Shown here: positions 1 to 11,870 of the stretch, one piece after another
Layout of the letters: each line of letters opens with the position of its first letter
Position numbering within the stretch: the first letter of the stretch is position 1
NCBI GenBank assembly: GCA_028023455.1
Contig: JAQFVV010000002.1
Span: forward strand, 22,816,001 to 22,880,000
From: Epiperipatus broadwayi
Taxonomy: Eukaryota; Animalia; Onychophora
Direction of reading: 5' to 3'
DNA: 64,000 nt
Made by a program: the position numbers and the translations under genes
Notes under the pieces: generated by a model
What the model was told of the DNA's origin: nothing
Database searches by the model: none
The model's input: the letters and a program-made list of their open reading frames with translations, nothing else

Positions 1-346
1 TGTTAATGATCAATGACAATACAATATATATACAGTATTGCTAGTCTGCATTTTAAATGTGTTAAAATGAATTCAGTAAGTTTTCAGTGGTGCGCGTAGA
101 TGGCATATATTTTTCTTAAATGCGCTTTCATTGAATTTCATGACTAATTCATTGAAAGAGAAATGACAGATGAAATTTTAATTTTTCTTGATTGCTTAAC
201 TAAAACATGCCTTTTTTTTTAATGTTGTCTTGATAAACAAAAATTTTGTAAATGTTTTTTAATGTGCAGAAAATTTCATTTCAAATAGTGGAAATACGAT
301 GATATTAATTAGATTTTCAATTTTTAAATTTGAATATGAATAGTTA

Positions 347-664
347 ATAAACATCACATGACCACCACCTCTTGAGCTTGTGTATAACTGTTGTTAAAAC
401 AGGCAAAACTCACTATACATATTGCCACACACAGCAAGCTAGAGTAATCAATAGATGTGAGAAGGCTTGTGCATAAAATCCCCATCTAGTGCCTACTCAT
501 CCAATACCCCCAGACTAGTTTCTGGCTTGTGGCCTTCGTCAGTGAGGAGCCTTAGATCTGAGAGCAGTGTACCTAGCGAAGGTCACAAGCCAGAAACTAG
601 TTTGGGGATATTGGATGAGTGGGCACTGTGTGTGGCAATACGTATAGTGAGTTTTGCCTGTTTT
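347..664. mobile_element. HHR retrozyme family 1, fold-back insertion (copy a)
   Basis: An antisense arm 347-576 is followed by an inverted, internally deleted arm 577-664. The 14-bp TSD aatatgaatagtta is at 333-346 and 665-678. Confidence 0.85.
507..548 (-). ncRNA. Type I hammerhead ribozyme, family 1
   Basis: The reverse complement reads tcctca CTGACGA a ggc cacaa gcc a GAAA ctagt C tggggg. Confidence 0.75.
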
Positions 665-1045
665 AATATGAATAGTTATGAAAAGTCAATTGCAAAATAT
701 CCAAATACTAAAAAGTAATATATATTAAAAATATTTTGTAAAAAAAATGCATTTATTTAATTTAATGAGTAATGCATTAAAAACCAGAAAATATTTTTTT
801 TCCTTTATTCACAATTTTGTTGCCATATATAACTTGAAATAAAAGCATGAAACAACCATAAATTAATTAATTTATGGACACCCCGTGTTTGTATTTCAAA
901 TTACATATAACAACCAAAATTGTGATTGAAGGAAAAAAATATTTTTTAGTTTTTAATGTGCTACTCATAAAATTAAACGAAAAGCATTTTATATATATAT
1001 ATTATTTAATTGATTTATTTCAATGTTTTGAATTTTAAAAAGAAA

Positions 1046-1407
1046 TATTGCCACACACAGCAAGCTAGAGTAATCAATGGATGCCAGAAGGCTTGTGCAT
1101 AAAATCCCCATCTAGTGCCTACTCATCCAATATCCCCAGACTAGTTTCTGGCTTACGGCCTTTGTCAGTGAGGAGCCTTGGATCTGAGAGCACTGCATCT
1201 AGATCTCCTCACTGACAAAGGCCATAATCCAGAAACTAGTCTGGGGATATTGGATGAGTAGGCACTAGATGGGGATTTTATGCACAAGCCCTCTGGCATC
1301 CATTGATTACTCTAGCTTGCTGTGTGTGACAATATATATAGTGAGTTTTGCCTGTTTTAACAACAGTTATACACAAGCATAAGAGGAGGTGGTCATGTGA
1401 TGTTTAT
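1046..1407. mobile_element. HHR retrozyme family 1, fold-back insertion (copy b)
   Basis: Inverted arms join near 1201-1206 and both have the core mutated to CTGACAA. The sense arm ends ggtcatgtgatgtttat. An approximate TSD tgtttt(t)gaatt is at 1024-1034 and 1408-1419. Confidence 0.82.
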
Positions 1408-2014
1408 TGTTTTTGAATTATTTCTGACTTCACCAATAAAACCTCTTCTTAGTCAACATTCAAAACTTTGAATATATATTATTTAATAAGTAAATTTTAT
1501 TTTAAATAAAACAACTATCATTTTAATTTGGAATTTATCATTTTAAAAAATATTGAGATATCTGTTAATAGAGTGACAATTATAAACATTTTTATTTTTT
1601 ATTAAAAAGTTGCATTTTAACTTTTAAAATTGTAATTATTTTATTCTCTTTAAAAATATTTTATGAACTATTGTGTAATGGTGTCAATGATTTCAAAGAT
1701 CTCTCTGTGTAATATTTATGTTATGTCAATCATATTTTTATTTATTCTTTCATAACACAAAATAATTATGGAGTTATACTGTTAATGAAAACTGTATACT
1801 GATATTTCCCCTTCCTTGTATTTACGAATTGATAATATTAGCAAACCTTTAGTATTAATTTATGTAACTAATTGAACTTATTTGTCAGATTTATGCATGT
1901 ATTGGTCACTACTGAAATCTTATTGTCTAATAAACTAATGTATATTAGTAATTTTATTTTCATCCCAAATGAAGTGAAGTTATAATTGTATTTTTACTGT
2001 AAATTATTTTGTAG

Positions 2015-2151
2015 TTTAGTACAGAGGAAGTTACAATGGCAAAAAGAAGATGACCAGAGGAGATTATCCGCTCGTGATTCTTCTATTCCTCCAGGCCATT
2101 CTTTAATGTCAGATACAGAAAGAAAAGAAACGTTGGAGCTGCTAAAGAAAA
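2015..2151 (+). CDS. ENKD1: Penultimate coding exon of an enkurin domain-containing protein 1-like gene
   Basis: The acceptor is ttttgtag|T and the donor is A|gtaagt. It translates (Y)LVQRKLQWQKEDDQRRLSARDSSIPPGHSLMSDTERKETLELLKK, matching the ENKD1 pattern YL..R...W......D...PPGH..M...R.ETL..L. It splices in frame to 29736. Confidence 0.88.
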
Positions 2152-2299
2152 GTAAGTTCGGTTATTATTGGTAACAAAATAGAAAAAAGATATACACAGA
2201 CTGTCCCAGTCAAAAGAAGACTAGTTCTCTTTCCAAGCTGCCTGCAGCACCATCTATGAATCAATGCATGTATTATGTAGGTATATAATTTAGCTGGTT

Positions 2300-2520
2300 A
2301 CCACAAAAATTTTATGGCGCTAGTGTGTCTGGATCGTGAGTTAAGACATAAAATGTGACAGTCTATTTTCATATCTTAATCTACAATGACACAATTGCAT
2401 TAACATTAAATTTTGTTTTAAATTGAGTAAAACTACTAATGAAGTAGTAGTGAAGCCATGAGTTAAAAACCATGCAAAATTTCACGGTGGCAAGAATAGC
2501 ATTACACAAAATGCACTGTC
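2300..2520 (+). mobile_element. Degraded mariner transposase N-terminal relic
   Basis: It contains an IKFCFKLSKTT segment and is similar in sequence to 7590-7860. Confidence 0.55.
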
Positions 2521-3309
2521 CCATTTACATGTCATAATATGTGATCCAAACATGCTAGCGCTTGAAATTTTTTTTGGCAAATAAGTAAACTATGTTGCTA
2601 AGTAACACATGTTGATTCAAAGATGGCTTTACAGGCAGCTTGGATGATCAGAGTAACATTTTAGCATCCTCATTTAATCATAAACTCTTTATGTCTAGTG
2701 ATTATCTGCTTTTGGCTAGAGAATTGAATGCATTTTCTCTTCTCTAAATACAGTATGTTCAATCCATTTTCTTTTTTTTTCCTCCATAATAAATCTTTTT
2801 TTCGTATTTAATTATTTCTGTTTCTCAAAAAATTTTTAGAAAAAGTTTTTTTTTTAAATTTATTTATTGCCCATTATCACATTTCAAAGTAAACATTTTA
2901 TTATACTAATCTGAATATGTGACATTGTGTTTTTTTGTCTTAGGGGCTAATGGCCACTAAATGCAGAATTTTTTATTTTTTTTTATTTGGTTATCTTAGT
3001 ATTTAAAGCTATTACTTTCTAAGTTTTCACTGCAATTCTTTATTTATATGACTTTGTTTTTTTTTCCTTATTGATTTTAATTTCAGAACTAGATATTTTT
3101 AATTTTTTAATTCTTTCTTATTAATTTTAAGAATATTCTTATTATTGAACTTATAGGAACATATATTGATATATATTTTTTAAATACTATACATGTAAAT
3201 AAATAAAGTGAGAGAAAATGTATCAGCTTCATTCCTGTACTTGATTTAATTTCATTATTTTATTAAGTATTTGTCTTTTGCATAATCTTTTAATCCAAAT
3301 AAAATATCA

Positions 3310-3600
3310 TCATCACCATTTTCAATCATTATTGAGTCACTGCAAGATAAAGACCTCTCCAAGTTCAGTGCATCTTCTCCGATCTCTAGCCTCTTTTCTC
3401 CACATCATCCCAGCACACTACCTTATTTCATCCATTCATCCGTCTCCCATTTGGTCTCTTTCTAGGTCTTTCAGAATCTCTTGGAATCCAGTTTAAGATT
3501 TCAGCTGTCCATCTATTACCATCTCTTCTAGCAATATGTCCAGCGCCACCACTTCAGTCTCTTAATTCTTTCAGTGATATCAGTAACACCTGTTTGTTAA
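3310..3600 (-). mobile_element. RTE-clade LINE 3' fragment
   Basis: The minus strand encodes WMDEIR...GMMWRKEARDRRRCTELGEVFILQ, the typical RTE C-terminus. It is related to 24590-24870 and 49190-49410. Confidence 0.7.
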
Positions 3601-3880
3601 AATATATGGATGGATATATATACAATTATAAAACCATTGTAATTATCCAATTTCTACATTTGAATAAAATTACCATAAGGTCTTTTAAAGTTTTTAACTA
3701 CCAACCTTTATTATTTTAGCATGAATTAGGATTTATTAAAGTGAGGGTTTTTATTTAATCTTGCATTCACACCCGTTAATAATAATAAATTCATTCCAGT
3801 AAATAAACATATATTTAAAAAATGACATCACATATTTATAAAAATATCCTTAATTTATTTTAAGTGTAATGGACATGAGT

Positions 3881-4284
3881 AAAACATCACATGATCACCA
3901 TCTCTTATACTAGCACAATTGTTATTAAACAAGGCAAAACTTTCCTTACAGTAGTGCCACTCTGTGCCAATCAGAGTAATCAATGGATGCCAGAAGGCTT
4001 GTGCATAAAATCCCTATCTAGTGCCTACTCATCCAATATCGCCAGACTAGTTTCTGGCTTGTGGCCTTGTCAGTGAGGAGCCTTGGATCTGAAAGCACTG
4101 CATCTTAGATCTAGGTGCAGTGCTTTCAGGTCCAAAGCTTCTCACTGACGAAGGCCAGAAACTAGTCTGGGGATATTGGATGAGTAGGCACTAGATAGGA
4201 ATTTTATGCACAAGCCTTCTGGCATCCATTGATTACTCTGGTTGGCACAGGGTGGCACTACTGTATGGAGAGATTTGCCTTGTT
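3881..4284. mobile_element. HHR retrozyme family 1, fold-back insertion (copy c)
   Basis: The inversion centre is near 4105. The 14-bp TSD taatggacatgagt is at 3867-3880 and 4285-4298. Confidence 0.88.
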
Positions 4285-5892
4285 TAATGGACATGAGTGC
4301 CGTATTTTTATTTTCTTTAATATTTTTTTTTATACATAGGATTTTTTTGTGATAGGATATGGCAAGTCTAAGAGTGAGAGGGAGAGGTGTTTATCTAAAA
4401 TTCACTAACATGAAGTTTGGAACAGAAAACTTAAAAAAAAAAAAAAAACAGATTTTGATAAAGAAAAAAATGGAGACTAACTTTTTATTTATTGTTTGCT
4501 TATATAAAAATTAGCCAATTTGCTCACTTTTATATATCTTGAGAAACAAAAGTTATTTCTTACAAAAAAGTAGGTGGGAATATATTATTAATTAATAAGT
4601 GAAATAAAATGTGGGCTTGTGGAGTATAAAATATAACATTACTTAAGTATAAGCTAAAAAAGAAAATTATTTATAATTTTATGTTACAACTTACCACATT
4701 TAGTTTTGATTCACAATTCATACATAAGATTATATTTTAATATATTGTGTATAAATATGCATCACGGGATTAGGATTGTGGAATATCAAAGATTATATCA
4801 GTTAGATGCATGTATATAATACAAATATTTTATTCTAATTATATCACATGCATAGCTACAATTAATACTATCCAAAACCAGTTAACATGGTAGATTTTTA
4901 CATCAAGCAGCAAAACATGACAAAAATGTGTAATAATTTGATTAAAGTTCAGTCAAAGTTGCATTAAAAATATCATTAGAACTCTAATTTTTTAAGCATT
5001 GTACCTTCCCTTTCCCGATGTATATTTTGACCATAGAATTGCTCTCGTTGATAAAACAAGAAAGTTAATCACTTTAAAATATTCCTGGTATGTGGAGAGG
5101 CAGGGCATAATTCACATTTTCTATGCTTTTAGATTTGTAAATTGTCAGGAATAGAAGATATGTAGGAATGGGATCTTCTCTTCGGTGAATGGGATTGGTG
5201 AACTGTCTCAGAAAATTATGATGTATAAAAAGTAGAGAAGCACTTTAAACAAAATCAACTTGATTTACGCCAAGCATTTAAACTGTGTTTTATATAAAAT
5301 ATGCTAAAGCTAACATCATTAATAAAGTAGAGTGAACGATATGTTGAAATCAATAGAAATGACTAGAATAAATAATTAAACATGTCGTATTTAGTATTTA
5401 GATTTACGTTTGCTGTCGTCATTAATAATAAGTGTTTGAATAACATAATTATTTCTCTTTTGATAAGCCTATTCAGTTTTTGGCTTTGACAATAGTAATC
5501 AAATCCACATTAGGTCACTATACTCCTATTATCAGTTTAATGTGATTATTCAATGCATACCATTCTGTAATTAGTTCTTGTTATCATAAATAGCATAAGT
5601 AAGATATGTCTATTAAATTTGCAGGTATGTCTCATTCATTTATTCAAAAAATAATTCAGATTAAAATGAAAAAGTAAATTCAAATTACCTCAAAACAAGT
5701 TTAAAATAGTTGGTGTTAGTTATTCATAAGGAAAATTGGGGCTAAGAGATTCGTTTATGCAAATATACTAGGAATGTTTGAAAATTTAAAATATTTTTTC
5801 ATTAAAAATCATAACTTTTAGACATTGCATGAGCTATACTTATTTTTCTCAAAAAAATGTATTTAAAAAAAAAAAAAGATGAAAATAAATTA

Positions 5893-6273
5893 TCAAATAT
5901 AAATTACCTGGCAATAAACAATAAAAATCAATAAATCTCCATTCATTCCTAAATTTATTAAACTTACACATAATCTATTTTTATTCATTCTATCATATGC
6001 CTTCTCTATATCTTGAAAGACCATATATAATTGCTTACCTGTATCTTTACTCATATCTATAAGTTGTGTGATCAAAAATAAACTATCTTCTATATGCCTA
6101 TCCATTCTAAAATCTCCTTGCATTTCTCCCACTATATTATTTTCTTCCATCCATTTTGCCAATCTCTCAGCCACCATACATGGAAGACCTTTATACAACA
6201 TTGATGTTACTGTTACCAGTCTATTTCTATGATCCTTACTCTTTTTTGTGTGGAGAAAACTGATTATACACAT
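5893..6273 (-). mobile_element. Non-LTR retrotransposon RT fragment (domains 2-3)
   Basis: The ORF has VTVTSMLYK...GEMQGDFRMDRHIEDSLF...VFQDIEKAYDR. It is the same family as 62340-63850 by direct nucleotide similarity. Confidence 0.8.
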
Positions 6274-6424
6274 TTAATAAATATGAATTATATAGCTCAT
6301 GTGCAGTGTGATACGTGGTGGTATTTTGATCATAGGATCAGCGAATTAAATATCTGACACTCTCACCCACCCACCCCATTCCCAATAAAAAGTACAAATA
6401 AGTTCTTGCTTTATTTAACTAATG

Positions 6425-6782
6425 CAGGGGTCCCCAACCCTATGCCTGTGGGCACCATGGCGCCCGCAGATCATTTTACATGTGCCCGCTGCTATATCGA
6501 AAACGATAAAAAATTATTTATCTGATACAAATAAATTTAATTTTTTAAAATTTCTCATAAATTATTGTATTATATTGTAATCAAATTGTAGGGCATACTA
6601 TACTTTTATAGCGTAAAAGAGTTTATATGTTAAAATATTATTTTTGAAATAAATATTTTTGTACATTATGTGTATTATTAACAATATCCAACTATAAGTT
6701 TACATTGAAAAAATAAATGGTGCCTGCCACCTGGTGGTATTATAGAATATGCTCTTAAGTGCAAAAAGGTTGGGGATCCCTG
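6425..6782. mobile_element. hAT (Charlie-type) MITE, 358 bp
   Basis: 15-bp TIRs caggggtccccaacc / ggttggggatccctg (1 mismatch). A perfect 8-bp TSD aactaatg is at 6417-6424 and 6783-6790. Confidence 0.92.
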
Positions 6783-7589
6783 AACTAATGTATGAATATT
6801 CAATATTATTAATAGTTATTATTTATATTTCATTTTTGTTTAATTTTCCTGCAAGATATGAGTGCTTTAAAGATATGAGAAGAATCGAAAAGTGAATTGT
6901 CAAATTATTTTTAATCTGATAAAATCACTCATCTTGGAAGGCGTGAAATCAGAAATGTGGAATTAATAAAATAAAACTACTATTTATATAATGACATAGG
7001 AACATCATTATACAGTTCGGTTTAACAATGTTTTAGCTATTGAAAATACAATGTTTTAGCTATTGAAAATAATGGCTTTAGGTAACTCTAAAACCTGAAT
7101 TTTTTAAGTTATGAAAATAATATTTGATTATAATTTTGCAATTACTTATATATGTTTTCATCTGAACATTTTATTATAATAATAATGATGATGATGAAAA
7201 AACCTGTAGGACACATTTTTGTGCTAATCCGCTAATATCTATTGCTTTCATCATTTCCAAACAATGTCTTTTTTATTTTTAAAAAATTAATTCCATTTGT
7301 ATGTTTTCTCCAGTATTTATTAAATTCTATTCTTGAGAATTTGGCTGAATATCAGTATTCCTCACTTTTTATAAGTATTTATACTTATTTCTTTATATAA
7401 AATTACATATGTTTTTATGCTAATTTGGCATTTAGTTTGCAGCATAGATATATAATGGATTCACATGTTGATATTAACCGATATTCAATTTTATGAACAT
7501 ACATATTTCACAATTATTTTTTATATTTTTATAATATATTCACAATGTGTCTCTAAATTGCCTGAAGCAACATAGTTTAGCTATCCACT

Positions 7590-7860
7590 ACAAAAATTTT
7601 AAACACCAAAGTGACTGGATTATAAATTATGACATGAAATGTGACAGTGTGTTTCATACCTTTGAAAAAATTCCATGATGGAACAAATGCACTAACATTA
7701 AATTTAGTTTTAAATTGGACAAAGCTGATGAAATTTGTGACCTAATTCACACTGTGTTTGGCAGCGAAGCCATGAACTGTAAGGTTTTCAAATGGTTTGC
7801 AAGATTTCATGATGGTAAAAAAAGCATTGAAGACAATCTATGACCATACCCATTAGAAAC
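7590..7860 (+). mobile_element. Degraded mariner transposase N-terminal relic
   Basis: It translates KFSFKLDKADEICDLIHTVFGSEAMNCKVFKWFARFHDGKKSIED, like the mariner HTH region. Confidence 0.65.
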
Positions 7861-8454
7861 CACTGGAAGCAAAGATATCTTGCAAAAAAATTACCAAAAT
7901 TCTTTGAATCAATCATTGGGTGTTTGTCACTCACCTTTTTATTGAGCCAAACCGCAAACATTAAACAGTCATTGGCTAATTAATAAAACAATGGAAATAT
8001 AAATCATGTGATACAAATAAACAAGCAACAAAATGATAATATATTATATTATTGTATCTTTGTTTATAAAAATTATTAATATCTGTTTTTATATTATTTT
8101 TAGAAATCATTGTTACATTTGTTTTTTACTTATAAATTTTCTAAATTTGATTTATTTTATATTCACTTATCTTATTGAGTATTAAATTAATTACATATTT
8201 TAAAAAAAACATTAGTGATTTCATTAATATTTAATGTCTTTTGTAAAGGTTTTAAAAAATCCTATTCAATTATATACATACATTTATTTTTGTGTGTTTT
8301 AATAGATATAAGGAGAACTTTCAGTCCATTGTTTTTCAAGGGATCAGAGAAAATTAATGATAGATAGATAGGTTAAAACAGTAGAACGGAAACTTATTAA
8401 AAATTATAGACTGATTATTCACTGAAATTTTGTAATATAAAGTATTACATAAGT

Positions 8455-8482
8455 AATAGTGATCATGTGATGTTTAGTGGTT
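8455..8482 (+). mobile_element. 28-bp 3'-terminal stub of retrozyme family 1
   Basis: The insert aatagtgatcatgtgatgtttagtggtt lies between copies of the 12-bp TSD tattacataagt (8443-8454, 8483-8494). Confidence 0.75.
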
Positions 8483-9174
8483 TATTACATAAGTGTTAGC
8501 TTCGTTTAAGTACTCTTTGGGAATCATAATTCAAAACATGCCATACTTTTTCTATGTGAAATGTGCGTGTGTGATTTTGGGGGAATTTGGCTTGCAAATT
8601 GTCATAGTAACATTTTTGAATTTGCTTGTTTCATGAATAGACTTATAATGAAAAGAATATATCATGAAAGTGTCGAAAGTATATTTGATACAATAAATAT
8701 TGTTAAAATTATATTTAAACTCTGTATGAGTATTATTTTACATTAATATTTAGAATGGCAGAGTATAGAAATGTTATTATATGTTTGTAATATCAATTAT
8801 ATACTTTACAAAATTAAAGTTCATGTTAATCATAATGATTAGTTAGATTATGTTCTTAAAATAAATAATCTTATCTAATCATTAATTTATTATTAAAAAT
8901 AATAATATGACATTTAATATGCTGCTGACATATTTTATGTTTTTATTGATCTCTAAAAGTGTAAAGCATTTATTTGTAAAATTATAAACAAACAAAAAAA
9001 GAGAGAAAATTAAACAAAAGTTGTAGATAAAAAACAAAAGCCTTATTTTAAAATAGAAATATTTAAAATTTAAGAAAAATTATTCAGGCAAAAAAAAAAA
9101 TGTTGTATTGGGACTGTGTTTTGTGCTAGATGTAAAAAAATAGTAGTTCAAAAAAGTTACATGTATTTTAATAA

Positions 9175-9580
9175 GGATCATCAAATCACCATTCTTTATG
9201 CTTAGACAAGCTGTTTTCCACAGAGGCAAAACTCTCCATACAGTAGCGCCACTCAGTGCAAGCCAGAGTAATTATTAATAACTAACAATCTTAGCTTGAA
9301 AACACTATTGTGTTTTCATTTTGGACTCAAAGTTTTATAGTTAGCTAAAAAAATAAAAGGTGCCTGCTGGAGGATTGCATTAGCTCCTAAGATCTAGGTG
9401 CAGTGCTCTCAGATCCAAGGATCCTCACTGATGAAGGCCACAAGCTAGAAACTAGTCTGGGGATATTGGATGAGTAGGCACTAGATAGGGATTTTATGCA
9501 CAAACTTTCCTGCTTTCACTGATTACTCTGGTTCACACTGAGTGGTGCTACTGTATGAAGAGTTTTGTCTCCGTGAAAAA
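9175..9580. mobile_element. HHR retrozyme family 1 (subfamily B), fold-back insertion (copy d)
   Basis: A short antisense arm (~9175-9280) precedes a sense arm (~9295-9580). The 11-bp TSD tattttaataa is at 9164-9174 and 9581-9591. Confidence 0.85.
9422..9463 (+). ncRNA. Type I hammerhead ribozyme, family 1
   Basis: tcctca CTGATGA a ggc cacaa gct a GAAA ctagt C tgggga; predicted cleavage after C9457. Confidence 0.8.
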
Positions 9581-9959
9581 TATTTTAATAATACTGATAT
9601 AAGTATAAATATGGTCAATTGAGAGTTAATTATATTATAAAAATTTTCTCATTAATGGTTTTTTCCTTTTTATATTCATTTGGATTTAATTGTTTTATTA
9701 CTAATGCTTTTTTTTTAATAATTTATTTTTAGTAAAGCTATTATTTTTATATTATTACCATTAAGAGTGTATCCTGTATTTTTGATGTAAATGTAAAGAT
9801 TGTGTGTGGCGTTTTAGTTAATTTTGTCTTTTTTGAATGTTTTATTTTTCTAAGTATTTTTTATATTTAATTAATGCCATTTTTTATATATGCCATTATG
9901 ACATCTTTTTTGTTTTCTATTATTATTTGTAATATATATTTTGTTAGCTCTTTCTTTAT

Positions 9960-10760
9960 TATTTGCTTTTATCTCCTGTATATATAATAAAATATCTTTC
10001 TGCCTTTTATAATTTAGAAATTAGTGGACCAATTTTGATAGGGTTCTTGAATTCATTTGTAACACAAATTTGCCATAATTCTTTGATGATAGACTCTTGG
10101 TTAAACATCCAAAGAGAGAATCTTAATTTGAGTCAAATCTTAGATAGTGAAACTATATCCTGAATTATTTGCAAGTCCAATCTTCGTAATAGGTTTTTAC
10201 GCATTTTCTTTGAAGCAATTTCTCTTCTGATATTTGGTAAAGGAATATGTGAAAGAATGGGAATCCACTGCTAAGGAGTAGATCTGAATATGCTAATAAT
10301 ATTTCTCATGATGATATTTAATTGAATGTCCTACTTTATTTAATACCTTCATCAGTGGTCTTCCATATCCAGAATGCAAGTAATTCATCTATACTGATAA
10401 TATTGCTTTGACATGTCAAAAGAGATCTTCATCTAAGCAATATGAAATCATTTTATGGTATGAATATAATATTTTACAACCATAAATTCAAATACAATCC
10501 TACCTATGTTATTTATTTGTGATCTTGGATCATAGCTTAATTTATTGTTCTCATTTGTCTAAGTTAGATCAAACTTAATTTTTAGGAATAATGTCCTTGG
10601 AAAACTGGTTGGTACTATTTGGGGTTGTGATGCTTGCACTTGATGGACAGTTTCCTTAGCATTAGCATATTCCGTTGATGAATATCATGCATCTGTTTGG
10701 AGGAAAAGTTCTTACAGTTCACTTCTGGATAGTCATTTAAAGCATCAGTAATACTGATTT
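9960..10760. mobile_element. Ingi/Vingi-like LINE fragment with 5' inversion
   Basis: Plus strand 10330-10750 gives LFNTFISGLP..FIYTDNIAL and RNNVLGKLVGTIWGCDA..VSLALAYSVDEYHASVW. The downstream continuation lies on the minus strand from 10330 to about 9960. The clade call is from remembered motifs only. Confidence 0.6.
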
Positions 10761-11544
10761 CTATTCACACTCAGTATTAACTAAAGTGTGATACTATTAT
10801 TAAATTGAATCGAAGAACTACTATTTAAATGACACTGACAAATTTCGACATCTTTTAGAACAAATTCTCTGCTCTTGATCATTATTTCATGGATCCTTAT
10901 ATGAAAAATATCAAATTCATTACGGGGCTTTCATTCTTTTCTTTTTTTTATCTATTTTCATGTCGTTATGTCACAGAAGATTGTCTGTACATTGATTAGT
11001 AGTTTATATTTAAGTATTAACTTAATATAGTCACACGTAAACTTAAATCTTTTATTAACATTTTTAATTTACATTGTTTCATATTTAATGTTCAAAAATG
11101 CATTAAGATCAGTTTTCATTACAATTTATAATAATCTTAATGAATTATATGATTTTTTTAAAGAATCTATTTGAAAGGTGTTGATAATATAAGATCCAAA
11201 TGCTCATAAGAATCCTTTGACATTATTTAATATCAAATTTAAAGACTGGTCCGAGTTTGGGCCTTGTAATTTTTTCACAGATTATTGAACATGTTTATTT
11301 TACCAGTTGCAATTTACCAAAGCAATGTGAAATATTAGTATCTGGCATCACTAAACTAATATATCTTCATTAATATTAAAGAAAATGATGCAGCAAATAT
11401 CTTGGACTTTTTATTCTACTCAAGGTTTGGGACAATGTTCTAGAAAGATTGAAATATGTGTAACCCTGCTATCACTTTGGTAAATTTATACTCATCACCA
11501 ATGATATAAGAATAATTGTTATTACATTAAACCATTTGATTATA

Positions 11545-11870
11545 ATAGCAGATTGACTTTAGGTCAACATAGGTGTGACAAGAATCTCGGCCTCAGCGTG
11601 GCCTTTGAGCATTCTATCATCAGATTTTCAGTTGGATGGACGGTTCAAGAATTGGAGTATGGAGTGGATTGAAGCCTGTCCATTAAAGTATGAAGATTGG
11701 CTATCTTAATGTATATTTGAGCACTTATAGCATATATGTGTAGAGATGATAATCTGGACCAGCTGATGATTGCTGTTTTAGCATGAAATATGTGTATTGG
11801 TGATTATTTATCTTTTCGACATATATGTATTCAAGTGTATCAGTGATATGAGATAGTCTGTGCTCGTATA
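11545..11870 (+). mobile_element. HHR retrozyme family 3, diverged sense copy
   Basis: It is the reverse complement of about 55200-55500. It contains accag CTGATGA ttgct gtttt agcat GAAA tatgtgt A ttggt at 11757-11801. Confidence 0.75.

Noticed and set aside
467-718. Short ORFs overlapping family 1 (467, 3891, 39394, 39407) as protein genes
   Set aside because: They are incidental frames in a non-coding repeat and are not conserved between copies.
7025-7070. 23-bp perfect tandem duplication
   Set aside because: An ordinary local duplication with no further structure.
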